Source of the DNA: Blepharisma stoltei ATCC 30299
Taxonomy: Eukaryota > Protista > Ciliophora
NCBI GenBank assembly: GCA_965603825.1
Contig: CBFDEM010000012.1
Location: 558,001 to 622,000 of the forward strand
DNA length: 64,000 bases
Direction: 5' to 3'
Shown here: positions 37,017-48,828 of the stretch, piece after piece
Numbering within the stretch: position 1 is the first letter of the stretch
Layout: the number at the start of each line of letters is the position of its first letter
Program-made: the position numbers and the translations under genes
The notes under the pieces: model-generated
Told to the model about the DNA's origin: nothing
Databases searched by the model: none
What the model saw: only the letters and a program-made list of their open reading frames with translations

Positions 37017-38420
37017 TTACGCAAAGGTATGTATGAACTCTGCATAAGTTATTGTGTCTTCTTCTGTTTTCCTAATTTCGCTCATTATAGATTTTGTGTT
37101 AATTTTGATTCCGTATCTATTAAATGTGAGCTCTATATCTTTGGATGATATAAAGCCTTTTTTATTGAAATCAAGTAGATTATAAATAGTCCTTATTTCA
37201 TCTGATTCTAAATGATGTCTAGAATAGAGCGCTGCAGCTAAAAATTCTGAATAGCTTATGGCTCCATTCTGATCAATATCAATAGCTTTGATAAGATCTT
37301 TTATTTCATCTTGATCTAGTTTATGATCGCTTTTCTTCAAAATTTTTGCAAAATATTTCATAGTGATTTTTCCATTCAAATTTTTGTCTAGGCCTAAAAA
37401 TTTCTGCTTAAGCTCTTTCAAATCAGAAAAGCTTAAAATTTTTGCTACGATTTTCCATATTTGTTTTTGGAAAAGAGATGCTTTAGAATAATCCTGAAAA
37501 GATGAAAGGAGGGGCTTATCAATCGAAATTTTGGCTTTTGGGATTGATTTAAACCATGGGTGATTTAATGCCTGAGCGGCTGACAATCTTTTTGAAGGAT
37601 TTATTTCTAAAAGTTTTTGAATTAAATCTTTAGCATCACTTGACGCTTGCTTCCACAACTCATTATCGGTATCAAAGTTTCCAGATTTAATCTTTTTAAA
37701 AGTGTCACAGTCAAATTGCTCGCAAAAGGGTAATCTACGACAAATCATAATGTACATAATAATCCCGACACTCCATAAATCGCATTTATAATTATAAGAA
37801 CCTTTAAGAATTTCAGGAGCCATATAAAATGGAGTGCCCACTACTGTGTGAAAATGCTTGGACTTGCTTTTAAAGACGCGGGAAAGCCCAAAGTCTACGA
37901 GTTTTATGTCCGCGCCTTCTTCAGCTGATTCAAATAAAATATTATCTGGCTTTAAATCCCTGTGTACTATGCCATTTGCATGTAGATGGTTCACAGCCAT
38001 AAGGATTTTTCTCATAATTACTTGAGCCTTGTATTCTTCTATGTGATCAGTATTGATTATTTTGTAAAACAGTTCTCTGCCAGAGCAAAGTTCCATTGCT
38101 ATATACAAGTTCACGTCATCTTCATATGCTCCATAAAATTTAACAATATTTGGATGATCAAGCTTTCTAAGAATCTCAATTTCTCTTAGAAGCGTTTCAA
38201 TTTTGTCTTTAATTATTGATTTCTGAATTATTTTTATTGCGACCTTTTTATTTTCCCTGATATGTACAGCTTCCCTAACCACGCCAAAATTTCCGTGTCC
38301 TAATATTTTGCCAATGTTATATACAGATCTTATAGAAGGAACCCTGAAGGTAAATGGATTCTCTTTGTTAGGCTCGAATTTGGCATACTTAATACTTCTT
38401 TTGCTAACGTTTATTCCCAT
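37017..38420 (-). CDS. Calcium-dependent protein kinase, catalytically intact
   Basis: GHGNFG, VAIK, HRDLKPDN, DFG, APE; C-terminal EF-hands. Confidence 0.93.
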   Translation of the reverse strand: MGINVSKRSIKYAKFEPNKENPFTFRVPSIRSVYNIGKILGHGNFGVVREAVHIRENKKVAIKIIQKSIIKDKIETLLREIEILRKLDHPNIVKFYGAYEDDVNLYIAMELCSGRELFYKIINTDHIEEYKAQVIMRKILMAVNHLHANGIVHRDLKPDNILFESAEEGADIKLVDFGLSRVFKSKSKHFHTVVGTPFYMAPEILKGSYNYKCDLWSVGIIMYIMICRRLPFCEQFDCDTFKKIKSGNFDTDNELWKQASSDAKDLIQKLLEINPSKRLSAAQALNHPWFKSIPKAKISIDKPLLSSFQDYSKASLFQKQIWKIVAKILSFSDLKELKQKFLGLDKNLNGKITMKYFAKILKKSDHKLDQDEIKDLIKAIDIDQNGAISYSEFLAAALYSRHHLESDEIRTIYNLLDFNKKGFISSKDIELTFNRYGIKINTKSIMSEIRKTEEDTITYAEFIHTFA

Positions 38421-39182
38421 TTTGAATTTATATTAAAGATGGAAATCTTTTAAAATTCTCTTTACTCAGAAATCATTTTCAAAAATGGAACAGAAATTTC
38501 TGGAAATAGGCTAAATTATGAAGAGAGATTTGATATAATTAATTATTTATTATAAAAAATCATAACATTTACAGTTTATTTTAAATTTTTTTAAAAATTT
38601 TAAATTCTGATCAGGGTAATTTTCATTTATATACTAGGCCAATTAACTATACATGGAATATTCTTTGCCTTTAAATATTTAGGTGGCTATCCTAAATTTA
38701 GATTTAATTTGCATAACGCAATCTAAATTCTAAATAAAAACGATTAAATCAAGATAGATATATTTTATTTAATGCAATTTATTTATTTATTTTATTATGA
38801 TAACTGATGGAGCAATATTTATTAACTAATTAAATTATCGACTACTCAATTTCCTGTCTCAATGAAATGTTTTCGATAATTGATGTTTATATATTAAAAG
38901 AAAAGATCATCATAAATAATTGACACAATTTTTCTATACTCTGTTGGCAAATAGTTTAAATGCTCACAATTCCACTGTTGATTTTTGGTATTAAAAAATT
39001 AATTAAAAATACGAAAATTGTTTATTGATTTATACCACAAAGATTTAAGACAAATAAAGAAAACTATTAAAAATGACACCTTTCTTTATCACATAGACTA
39101 ATTTTCTGCCTTTATCCTGAGTATATGATTATTGATCTGGTCAGCCATAAATACTTAAAGTATACACAAAATTTTTCATTTA

Positions 39183-39542
39183 TTAATCCTTACACAAACT
39201 CAGTAATTTCATCCGCGTGGCTGATATTTTTTCATTTGACGGAGAAGCGCTATTTTTTGATATTTCTTTTATCAAACTTTTGTTCTCCTTTTTTTTAGCA
39301 ATATTTTGCCTCTTGGGCTCTTCTTTAAGCACTAAAACTCCACATAATTTTTCATAATACTTTTCCTTTTCTTTTGGAATGCCATTATCTCCGATTTCAG
39401 CCCTGATGCTGCTTAAAGAATCATAAGATTCATTACCATTGCATTCAGGCTCCTTTGTTTCAATATTTGGCTGGACTGTGTTTTGTTTTGAATAACCAAA
39501 ACAAAGGCAGGCACATCGGCAAATGGATTTAGCAAAATTCAT
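39183..39542 (-). CDS. Small hypothetical protein with Cys-rich N-terminus
   Basis: MNFAKSICRCACLCFG; ATG-TAA ORF. Confidence 0.55.
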   Translation of the reverse strand: MNFAKSICRCACLCFGYSKQNTVQPNIETKEPECNGNESYDSLSSIRAEIGDNGIPKEKEKYYEKLCGVLVLKEEPKRQNIAKKKENKSLIKEISKNSASPSNEKISATRMKLLSLCKD

Positions 39543-39962
39543 TAATTTGGTATGTTGTAATTTATTAATTATTTATTAAATATCTATGATAAACTCAATT
39601 CATTTTACTTAAACTTTATTGAGACATATTATAATAATTATTTCACTTGATGGTTTTTAAGTAATTTTTCTTTAAATTTGTCGAACTAAATTAAGTTTAG
39701 GCCAGAATCCTTAAGATTATCATGCAAATTTTAATTTCTTCTCATTTTGCATTTCGAAGAAATTTTCAATTAAATTTAGTAATTGTATTTCTTGTTGACT
39801 TAAATTTAGAAGACGACTATTTCTTTGCAAATAATTTCAGCTTTTAAAGTATGCATATTAAATTGCTAGTTTAAAAGGAATCAAGTGCTTTAGTAAGAAC
39901 TCTTATCTTCTTAACTCTGTAGCCCATATCCAAACTTGAAATTTTGATGATTCCCAGAAGTC

Positions 39963-39989
39963 CCATGACATCATCCTATAAATGGAGGA
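39963..39989 (+). promoter_or_regulatory. Conserved upstream element CCATGACATCATCCTATAAATGGAGGA (ACS copy 1)
   Basis: Near-identical copy at 42393-42420 upstream of copy 2 amid otherwise diverged flanks. Confidence 0.55.
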
Positions 39990-40088
39990 TAGCCAAGCAA
40001 TATCTTATGCAAAAATCTTATAGGTATAAATAATCAAGCTTAATTATCGTTGATTTCTGTACATTTTATTTTAACCACAATATTTAAT

Positions 40089-42056
40089 ATGCTATCCATT
40101 TTCAGAAGAAGATTCAGTCTGTATGCAAATACCTTCGCTAAGTCCATAGAAGAGCCAGAAGAGTTCTGGAAAGAGGCCGCACAAGGTATAGCGTGGGACA
40201 AGCCTTTCAGCAAGGTCTTGTGCTCCTCTCGCGCTCCAATTTATAAATGATTCCCAGATGGGAAGCTTAATATGTGCTATAACTGTCTCGATAGGCACGT
40301 GTTGGCAGGGGATGGGAAGAACTGGGGAATCATTTATGATAGTCCTATGACAAACCGTGTCATGCACTATACCTATGAGGAACTGCTTGAAGAAGTCCAA
40401 AAGTTGGCAGGCGCCATGGCATTCAAGCATAATGTCAAAGTAGGTGACCGAGTTGTTATATATATGCCACTTGTACCTGAAGCTATTATCGCAATGCTTG
40501 CATGTGCAAGAATAGGCGCAATCCATTCTGTTGTTTTTGGAGGATTTTCGGCAAAAGAATTAGCAAACAGAATTGTTGACAGTAAAGCGAAATTAATTAT
40601 TACAGCAAATGCAGGATTAGAGCCTAATAAGATTATTCCGTTCGAGCCGATTGTAAATGAAGCCACTGCTTTAGCAGAAGCCAGGCTTCCAGGTGCTGAA
40701 CATATCCAGAGAATTGTATTAAATCGACATTTAAATGTAAAATTCAAACTTCAGCCAAATAGAGATCATGATTTCTATGAAGAATTGATGAACTCAAGAC
40801 CTTTCACTTCTGTAATTAGCGTTTCTTCGAGCCATCCTTTGTATATTTTATATACATCAGGAACAACTGGAGCTCCAAAAGGTGTTGTAAGGGACACCGG
40901 CGGATATGCTGTAGCGTTAGATAATGCTATGAAATGGGTTTATGGAATTGATAAAGGTGATGTATTTTGGGCAGCGAGCGATATTGGATGGGTTGTTGGC
41001 CATACTTGTATTGTATATGGACCTTTGCTAAAAGGTGCTACTTCAGTATTGTACGAAGGGAAGCCAGTTGGAACTCCAGACGCTGGAGCTTGGTGGAGAG
41101 TTATTCAACAGCATGAGGTTAAAAGCTTGTTTGTAGCTCCAACAGGAGTGAGAGCTATCAAAAAAGAAGATCCATTAGGAAAATTGATGAGGAGATATAA
41201 TTTAGACACGCTCAAACACTTTGGAGTAGCTGGTGAAAGATGTGATCCTGATACTGTCAATTGGTTGCAGGAGCATCTACCCAAAAATACATTAATAAAC
41301 GATCATTGGTGGCAAACAGAATCTGGATGGCCGATGATAGGAAATTTCATGGGTCTTGATAGATTCGATACAAAACCAGGAAGTGCTACCAAACCTGCCC
41401 CAGGATGGGACATGCATATAATAAAAGATGACTTAACCGAAGCCGCACCTGACGAGCATGGGAAAATATGTGCAAAATTGCCAACACCTCCAGGCTTTAT
41501 GCTTTCTTTATGGGAAAGCGATGAGGCTTTTGTTAAAAAGTACATGTCAGAAATCCCTGGATATTACTTATCAGGGGATGAAGGATATAAAGATCAAGAC
41601 GGTTATTTCAACATTATGGGAAGAATTGATGACGTTATTAATATTGCAGGGCATAGATTTAGCACTGGAGCCTATGAAGAATGTATTTGTTTCCATCCAA
41701 ATGTGGCAGAATGTGCTGTTATTGGAGTTTATGATGATATTAAAGGAGAAATCCCTGTTGCATTTGTTGTTCCTAAGACTGGGTCTGAGATATCAGAGGC
41801 TGACTTAACTCATCAAATTATAAAGAAAATAAGAGAAGATATCGGAGCTGTAGCAAGCTTGAAAACTTGCATAATAGTAAAAAGACTTCCGAAGACAAGA
41901 AGCGGGAAAATCCCGAGGGTTCTTTTGAGGAAGATAGCGAATGGAGAAACCTATGCAGCGCCAGCAACTCTTGAAAACTTGGATGTTTTGGATGAAATGA
42001 AGGTTGCTTTGGAAGAGCATGGTTATCCAAGAAAAGATTTAAAACCGAAAGTTTAA
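40089..42056 (+). CDS. Short-chain acyl-CoA synthetase (ACSS3/PrpE-like), copy 1
   Basis: MLSIFRRRFSLY presequence, TGA(W) 40248, YTSGTTGAPKG, DHWWQTE, LPKTRSGK. Confidence 0.93.
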
Positions 42057-42392
42057 TGCTAATTAATTAGCTATCCGAAAAAATCCTTTTTCCTTTAATT
42101 ATACTAAATTTTTTGATGCATATTAAAAGACCTTCCCTTGGCTATTTATTTATCGATCATAATTAATATTATATGCTTAATAGTAGCTGAGATAATAATC
42201 AGCGTTTAGCTTAAAATTTAAAGCAAGTTTAAGCACATGAGTAGGCTAAAACTAAATTTATAAATTTATCCAATATAACTAGAAAATGACTTGCTTATTT
42301 ATCTTTTCAACATTAGAATTTTTATTTGCTGAATTATAAAAATGAGCCTCTTCTTTTGCATAGAACTTCAATTTATGATAAATTTGAATGAT

Positions 42393-42420
42393 CCATGACA
42401 TCATCTTATAAATGGAAGGA
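42393..42420 (+). promoter_or_regulatory. Conserved upstream element CCATGACATCATCTTATAAATGGAAGGA (ACS copy 2)
   Basis: Matches 39963-39989. Confidence 0.55.
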
Positions 42421-42502
42421 TATCGAAGATTATTTCATAATAAATCTTTACCTTATTAAGAATCATATTTCTCTACATTTCATTTCAGCCACATAATTTA
42501 GA

Positions 42503-44470
42503 ATGATGTCAATTTTTAGAAGAAGATTTAGTCTGTATGCAAATACTTTTAAAAAATCAATCGAGGAGCCAGAAGAGTTCTGGAAAGAAGCTGCGAAAAG
42601 AGTAGCATGGGACAAGCCTTTCAATAAAGTCTTGGATTCCTCGAGAGCTCCACTTTATAGATGGTTCCCAGATGGGAAGCTTAATATGTGCTATAACTGT
42701 CTCGATAGGCACGTGTTAGCAGGGGATGGGAAGAACTGGGGAATCATTTATGATAGTCCTATGATGAATCGTGTCATGCACTATACCTATGAGGAACTGC
42801 TTGAAGAAGTCCAAAAGTTGGCAGGCGCCATGGCATTCAAGCATAATGTCAAAGTAGGTGACCGAGTTGTTATATATATGCCACTTGTACCTGAAGCTAT
42901 TATCGCTATGCTTGCATGTGCAAGAATAGGCGCAATCCATTCTGTTGTTTTTGGAGGATTTTCGGCAAAAGAATTAGCAAACAGAATTGTTGACAGCAAA
43001 GCGAAATTAATTATTACAGCAAATGCAGGATTAGAGCCTAATAAGATAATCCCGTATGAGCCGATTGTAAATGAAGCCACTACTTTAGCAGAAGCAAGGC
43101 TTCCGGGTGCTGAGCATATCCAGAGGATTGTATTAAATCGACATTTAAATGTAAAATTCAAGCTTCAACCTAATAGAGATCATGATTTCTATGAAGAATT
43201 GATGAATTCTAAGCCATTCACTTCTGTAATTAGTGTTTCTTCTACTCATCCATTGTATATTTTATATACATCAGGGACGACTGGAACTCCTAAAGGTGTA
43301 GTCAGAGATACAGGTGGTCATGCAGTTGCTTTAGACAATGCTATGAAATGGGTATATGGAATTGACAAAGGTGATGTGTTTTGGGGTGCTAGTGATATCG
43401 GTTGGGCTGCTGGCCACACTTGCATTGTTTATGGGCCTTTGATAAAAGGAGCTACATCAATCCTATATGAAGGAAAGCCAGTAGGTACTCCAGATGCTGG
43501 AGCTTGGTGGAGAGTTATTCAGCAGCATGAGGTTAAAAGCTTGTTTGTCGCTCCTACAGGAGTTAGATCTATTAAAAAAGAAGATCCATTAGGGAAGTTG
43601 ATGAGGAGATATAATTTAGACTCTCTTCAGCATTTCGGAGTCGCTGGAGAAAGATGTGATCCTGATACTGTGCATTGGCTTCGAGAGCATTTACCTAAAA
43701 ATGCGTTAATCAATGATCATTGGTGGCAGACTGAAGCAGGATGGCCGATGATTGGAAATTTCTCAGGTCTGGATCGATTTGAAACAAAGCCTGGGAGTGC
43801 GACAAAGCCTGTCCCAGGATGGGACATGCATATAATAAAAGATGACTTAACTGAAGCCGCACCTGATGAGCCTGGGAAAATATGTGCAAAATTGCCGACA
43901 CCTCCTGGTTTCGTTCTTTCATTATGGGAAAGTGATGAGGCTTTTATTAAAAAGTACATGTCTGAAATCCCTGGATATTACTTATCAGGGGATGAAGGCT
44001 ATAAAGATCAAGACGGTTATTTCAACATTATGGGAAGAATTGATGACGTTATTAATATTGCAGGACATAGATTCAGCACTGGAGCCTATGAAGAATGCAT
44101 TTGTTTCCATCCAAATGTGGCAGAATGCGCCGTTATTGGAGTTTATGATGATATTAAAGGAGAAATCCCTGTTGCATTTGTTATTCCAAAGACTGGATCA
44201 CAGCTCTCAGATGCCGATTTAACTCATGAAATTATAACGAAAATAAGGAAAGATATCGGAGCTGTAGCCAGCTTGAAAACTTGCATAATAGTAAAAAGAC
44301 TTCCTAAGACAAGAAGTGGGAAAATTCCAAGAGTCCTTTTAAGGAAAATAGCTAATGGAGAGTCTTATACACCTCCAGCAACTCTTGAAAGCCTAGATGT
44401 TTTAGATGAAATGAAAGTTGCATTAGAAGAGCACGGCTATCCAAGAAAAGATTTAAAATCGGCAGTATAG
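42503..44470 (+). CDS. Short-chain acyl-CoA synthetase (ACSS3/PrpE-like), copy 2
   Basis: Uninterrupted 655-aa ORF with the same motifs. Confidence 0.95.
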   Translation: MMSIFRRRFSLYANTFKKSIEEPEEFWKEAAKRVAWDKPFNKVLDSSRAPLYRWFPDGKLNMCYNCLDRHVLAGDGKNWGIIYDSPMMNRVMHYTYEELLEEVQKLAGAMAFKHNVKVGDRVVIYMPLVPEAIIAMLACARIGAIHSVVFGGFSAKELANRIVDSKAKLIITANAGLEPNKIIPYEPIVNEATTLAEARLPGAEHIQRIVLNRHLNVKFKLQPNRDHDFYEELMNSKPFTSVISVSSTHPLYILYTSGTTGTPKGVVRDTGGHAVALDNAMKWVYGIDKGDVFWGASDIGWAAGHTCIVYGPLIKGATSILYEGKPVGTPDAGAWWRVIQQHEVKSLFVAPTGVRSIKKEDPLGKLMRRYNLDSLQHFGVAGERCDPDTVHWLREHLPKNALINDHWWQTEAGWPMIGNFSGLDRFETKPGSATKPVPGWDMHIIKDDLTEAAPDEPGKICAKLPTPPGFVLSLWESDEAFIKKYMSEIPGYYLSGDEGYKDQDGYFNIMGRIDDVINIAGHRFSTGAYEECICFHPNVAECAVIGVYDDIKGEIPVAFVIPKTGSQLSDADLTHEIITKIRKDIGAVASLKTCIIVKRLPKTRSGKIPRVLLRKIANGESYTPPATLESLDVLDEMKVALEEHGYPRKDLKSAV

Positions 44471-44691
44471 TTAAATAAGTTAATTAGAAATCTTATAATA
44501 GTCATTATATTTGTATTTTAATCAAAAATTGTCATACATATCTAAATAAGTCTAAATAATAACGATTAATAAAATGGAAGATAGAAAAACGGCAAATACT
44601 CTATTTTATCTATTTTCTAATAATTTTTAACAAATCAATAGTCGTTTTAGATTTTTTTGAATATTCGCCAATATAAAGCCACAAATAAAAT

Positions 44692-46659
44692 ATGTTGTCT
44701 GTGCTCAAGCGAAGGTTTGCTCTCTACAACACGGTTTTCTCTAAATCAATCCAGGACCCAGAGGGTTTTTGGAAGGAAGCTTCTAAAGGAATTTCCTGGG
44801 ATAAGCCTTTTACCAAAGTTCTTGACTCCTCCCACTCTCCTTTATATCGGTGGTTTCCAGATGGGAAGCTTAATATGTGCTATAATTGCTTAGATCGCCA
44901 CGTGTTATCAGGTCAAGGCCACAACTGGGGAATAATTTATGACAGTCCATTGACAAATTGTATTGTCCACTATACATATGAAGAGCTACTAGAAGAAACC
45001 CAAAAACTAGCTGGTGCAATGATGTATAAGCATGGCATTAAAAAAGGGGACAGGGTCGTGATTTTCATGCCCATGATACCTGAAGCTGTTATCTCTATGC
45101 TGGCATGTGCAAGAATTGGCGCTATACACTCTGTGGTTTTTGCTGGATTTTCAGCTAAAGAGCTCGCAAATAGGATTAGTGAAAGCAAGGCAAAATTATT
45201 AATAACTGCTAATGCTGGAGTAGAGCCAGGAAAAGTGACACCATTTGAACCTATTGTGAATGAAGCTGTACTTATGGCTGAGTCAAACATGACATGTGCA
45301 GAAAATATACCCAGGATTGTAGTTAATAGACATTTAGGAGTGAAATTTAATTTGCGGCCTCATAGAGATCATGATTTTCATGAAGAACTGATGAATTCAA
45401 AGCCTTTTGAGTCTGTTGTCAGTGTAAACTCTTATGATCCACTATATATTTTACATACAACTGGGTCTACTGGGAAACCAAAAGGGATTATCAGAGATAC
45501 TGGAGGATATGCAGTAGCTTTAGATAATGCTATGAAATGGGTCTATGGGATCAATAGAGGAGATGTGTTTTGGTCAGCTGGAGATCTAGCTTGGGTTGCT
45601 GGGCATACTTGCTCTGTTTATGGACCGTTATTGAGAGGAGCAACATCTGTTTTATATGAAGGAAAACCTGTTAGAACTCCTGATGCAGGAGCATGGTGGA
45701 GAGTTATACAGCAGCATGAAGTAAAAAGTGTTCTTGTAGCTCCAACTGGAATTAGAGCTATTAAAAAAGAAGATCCATCAGGCAAACTTATGAAAAAATA
45801 CAATTTAGATAGCATTGAACACTTTGGGGTTGTTGGAGAAAGATGTGACTCAGACACATTAAGCTGACTTCAACATAGATTGCCTAAAAAAGCTTTAATA
45901 AACGATCAATGGTGGCAAACAGAATCAGGATGGCCTATGATAAGCAATCAAATCGGCCTTGAAAAATTCGCCACAATGCCTGGTAGTGCAACAAAGCCAG
46001 TGCCTGGTTGGAATATTCAAATAATCAAAGACAACTTGCAAGAAGCCGATTCCAATGTAACTGGAAAAATCTGTGTAAAACTTCCTACGCCTCCTGGCTT
46101 CATGCTTTCTCTATGGGAAAACGATGAAGAATTTAAAAAGAAATATATGACTGAAGTACCTGGATATTACTTGTCAGGTGACGAAGGTTTCAAAGATGAT
46201 AAAGGCTATTTCCATATAGTAGGCAGAACAAATGACGTTATAAATATTTCTGGGCATAGGTTTAGAGCTGCAGCTTATGAAGAGTCTATTAATTTCCACC
46301 CAAATGTAGCAGAGTGCGCTGTTATTGGAGTCATTGATGAAATTCGTGGAGAAATCCCAATCGCGCTTATTGTAATTAAAGAAGGGTCTGATAAGACAGA
46401 TGATGATATCACTCATGAATTGATTAGTAAAGTCAGGCAAGATATAGGAGCAGTTGCAAGCCTTAAAACTTGCATCATTGTCAACAAACTACCTAAGACG
46501 AAAGATGGCAAAGTCCCAAGACTTTTGCTGAAAAAGATGGCGAACGGAGATTATTACCCAGCAAACACTGTATTGGAAAATCCTGAAGCACTGGAAGAGA
46601 TTAAAGAAGCTTTTGAGAAGCATGGGTATCCAAAAGTTGACTATAATTTAAAGGAATAA
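44692..46659 (+). CDS. Short-chain acyl-CoA synthetase, divergent copy 3
   Basis: TGA 45865 aligns with TGG in the paralogs; same 1968-nt length. Confidence 0.92.
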
Positions 46660-46767
46660 ATTCTTTGAACTAATCTTTTCTGCTAAAATATTATTAATAT
46701 AGGAGAATTATATGAGGTTTTTTATAATTTTTCAGAAAATTTCTAATTTTAATAGCTTATATACTTC

Positions 46768-47412
46768 TTAGAAAGGAACAGCTTGACTTCTCTTTCCATA
46801 TTTTTCATAATTGCTAACAATATTATCCCAGTTTACCAGTTTCCACCAGTTTTCAATGAACTCAGGCCTTCTATGCTGGTACTTCAAATAATAAGCGTGC
46901 TCCCACACATCACAAGTCATAATAGGGACTCCATGAACAGTTCCAATGCCATCCATAAGTGGATTTTCATGTCCAGGAGTATTATGAATTTCTAGTGTCC
47001 CATCTTGTTTAACAGTCAGCCACGCCCATCCAGATGCAAACCTATTGATGGCAGCATTGGTAAATTGAAGTTTAAACGCATCAAAAGATCCAAATTTCTC
47101 ATCTATTTTGGCTGCAAGTTCTCCATATGGTGCTGGATTGGTTGTTCCTATAGGAGCTAAATTTTGCCAAAAGAGTGTGTGGTTATAGTGACCACCTGCG
47201 TTATTGATAACTGCAGGAGATGAGCCAGCTACTGTATGCTGTAATGCGGCGAGGTCAAGGTTTGCTCGGTCTGGAAACTCTGCTAAGGCTAGATTTAGCT
47301 TGGTTACATAAGTTTGATGGTGGCCGAGATAGTGGATTTCAACTGTAAGTGCGTCCATGCTTGGTTCTAGTGCTGTAAAGCTATAAGGAAGAGGGTGCAA
47401 GGTATGAACCAT
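46768..47412 (-). CDS. Fe/Mn superoxide dismutase
   Basis: HYLGHHQTYV, NAGGHYNHTLFW, SGWAWL, DVWEHAYY. Confidence 0.95.
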   Translation of the reverse strand: MVHTLHPLPYSFTALEPSMDALTVEIHYLGHHQTYVTKLNLALAEFPDRANLDLAALQHTVAGSSPAVINNAGGHYNHTLFWQNLAPIGTTNPAPYGELAAKIDEKFGSFDAFKLQFTNAAINRFASGWAWLTVKQDGTLEIHNTPGHENPLMDGIGTVHGVPIMTCDVWEHAYYLKYQHRRPEFIENWWKLVNWDNIVSNYEKYGKRSQAVPF

Positions 47413-47807
47413 TTTGTCCAATAAATATTAATGGCTGCATTTTTGGTCAGAAATCGAGAATAAATATGGCTTTAAATCAACAAATAAAATTGATAACTAC
47501 TAATAAAGCAGCATTTTAAAGCAAAAATGTTAATAATCTTCATTAGATTAGGAGCTTTTCTATTTAAAGGATTTTATTATCAAGATTATTTTTCTTTTTT
47601 GATAGGAATATTAGCTATTATTCTTTTTGACAGAGTTTTTAGCTATTTCAATTATGAAAACATAATAAATCTAAATTAAAAAGCATTAGGTATTGCTTCA
47701 ATAAAAATAATTGATCAAAGTTTATAAAAAATAAATAAATTGATTAAATTTTTAATAATTTTAACAAATAAATTTTTCATTTTATTTATTATGATTCTAT
47801 ATATAAA

Positions 47808-48584
47808 ATGGAGCTAGATTTAGATAGCTTAAGGGAAGAGACCGAAAAGAACCTCACCAAAAACAAGTTTCGTTTGCTTGTCCTCTTTTCCGTTGGAATC
47901 CTCGGAATCTTTATATTTATCGCCCTGGCTCCAGACATGACAGATGAAGAGAAAAGCAAAGTTTACAGACTTCCATTAACTCCACAAGAAATTTATGAGC
48001 TTAGTCAAGTCTTTTCCTCTTATACAGAAAATTCTTACTTATATGTTTTGTCGCTTTTTTGCTTCCTTTACTTGCTCATGCAAAGCTTTGCAATTCCAGG
48101 ACCAATTGTCTTAAGCTTAATTTCTGGTACTTTATTTGGAAGATGGGTAGGTCTCTTGATAGTAACAATTTGTGCTACGACTGGGTCGACAATTTGTTAC
48201 TTTCTTTCAGATATCCTTGGTAAAGGTATTATTGTAAGAGCTTTTCCTGACAAGATTCAAAAGGTCCATGGTGCAATTCAGCAACAAAAGGAAAATGTCT
48301 TGTTTTATTTGCTATTTTTAAGGGTCGTACCAATTGTACCGAATTGGCTTATTAATTTGACGAGTCCGATTATAGGGATCCCAATAAAGACTTTTTTCTT
48401 AGCAACGCTATTTGGTCTGATCCCGCCTAATTGCATTCATATAAATACTGGGATGGCATTGTCAAGCTTAGGGAGCACAGAGATGAGTTATGAGTCAATT
48501 GCCTTGCTGGTAGTTTTGGGGGTGCTAATTATGCTTCCTCCGATTTATATGAAATATAATAAAAGTAAAAAAGTTAAAATTTAA
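47808..48584 (+). CDS. TMEM41-like VTT/DedA (SNARE-associated) membrane protein
   Basis: QSFAIPG...GTLFG, LFLRVVPIVPNWLINL. Confidence 0.88.
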   Translation: MELDLDSLREETEKNLTKNKFRLLVLFSVGILGIFIFIALAPDMTDEEKSKVYRLPLTPQEIYELSQVFSSYTENSYLYVLSLFCFLYLLMQSFAIPGPIVLSLISGTLFGRWVGLLIVTICATTGSTICYFLSDILGKGIIVRAFPDKIQKVHGAIQQQKENVLFYLLFLRVVPIVPNWLINLTSPIIGIPIKTFFLATLFGLIPPNCIHINTGMALSSLGSTEMSYESIALLVVLGVLIMLPPIYMKYNKSKKVKI

Positions 48585-48592
48585 GTAAAAAA

Positions 48593-48665
48593 TACAAGCG
48601 GCGGGGATTGAACCCACGACCTTCTGCGTGTAAAGCAGATGTGATAACCACTACACTACGCTTGC
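48593..48665 (-). tRNA. tRNA-Val (anticodon UAC)
   Basis: Acceptor GCAAGCG/CGCTTGT, anticodon arm TCTGC-TTTACAC-GCAGA, T arm GTGGG-TTCAATC-CCCGC, followed by an oligo-T run. Confidence 0.97.
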
Positions 48666-48828
48666 TTAAACACCCATCAGAATCTTTCATTTTATAGAAG
48701 AGGCTGAGCATTGAAATGTTTCTTATAAATTAATATGCATAATTTATAAAGTAAGATTATAGAATCAAGCAATTTTTAATCAATAAAAAAGAAAACTGCA
48801 AAAAATGGGCCAAAAAATGCCTTAAATA

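Noticed and set aside
44692-46659. Split ORFs (ACS3, DHS, CK1, CCP etc.) as pseudogenes or selenoproteins
   Set aside because: Breaks are in-frame TGA at Trp-aligned positions or tiny introns; code reassignment explains them.
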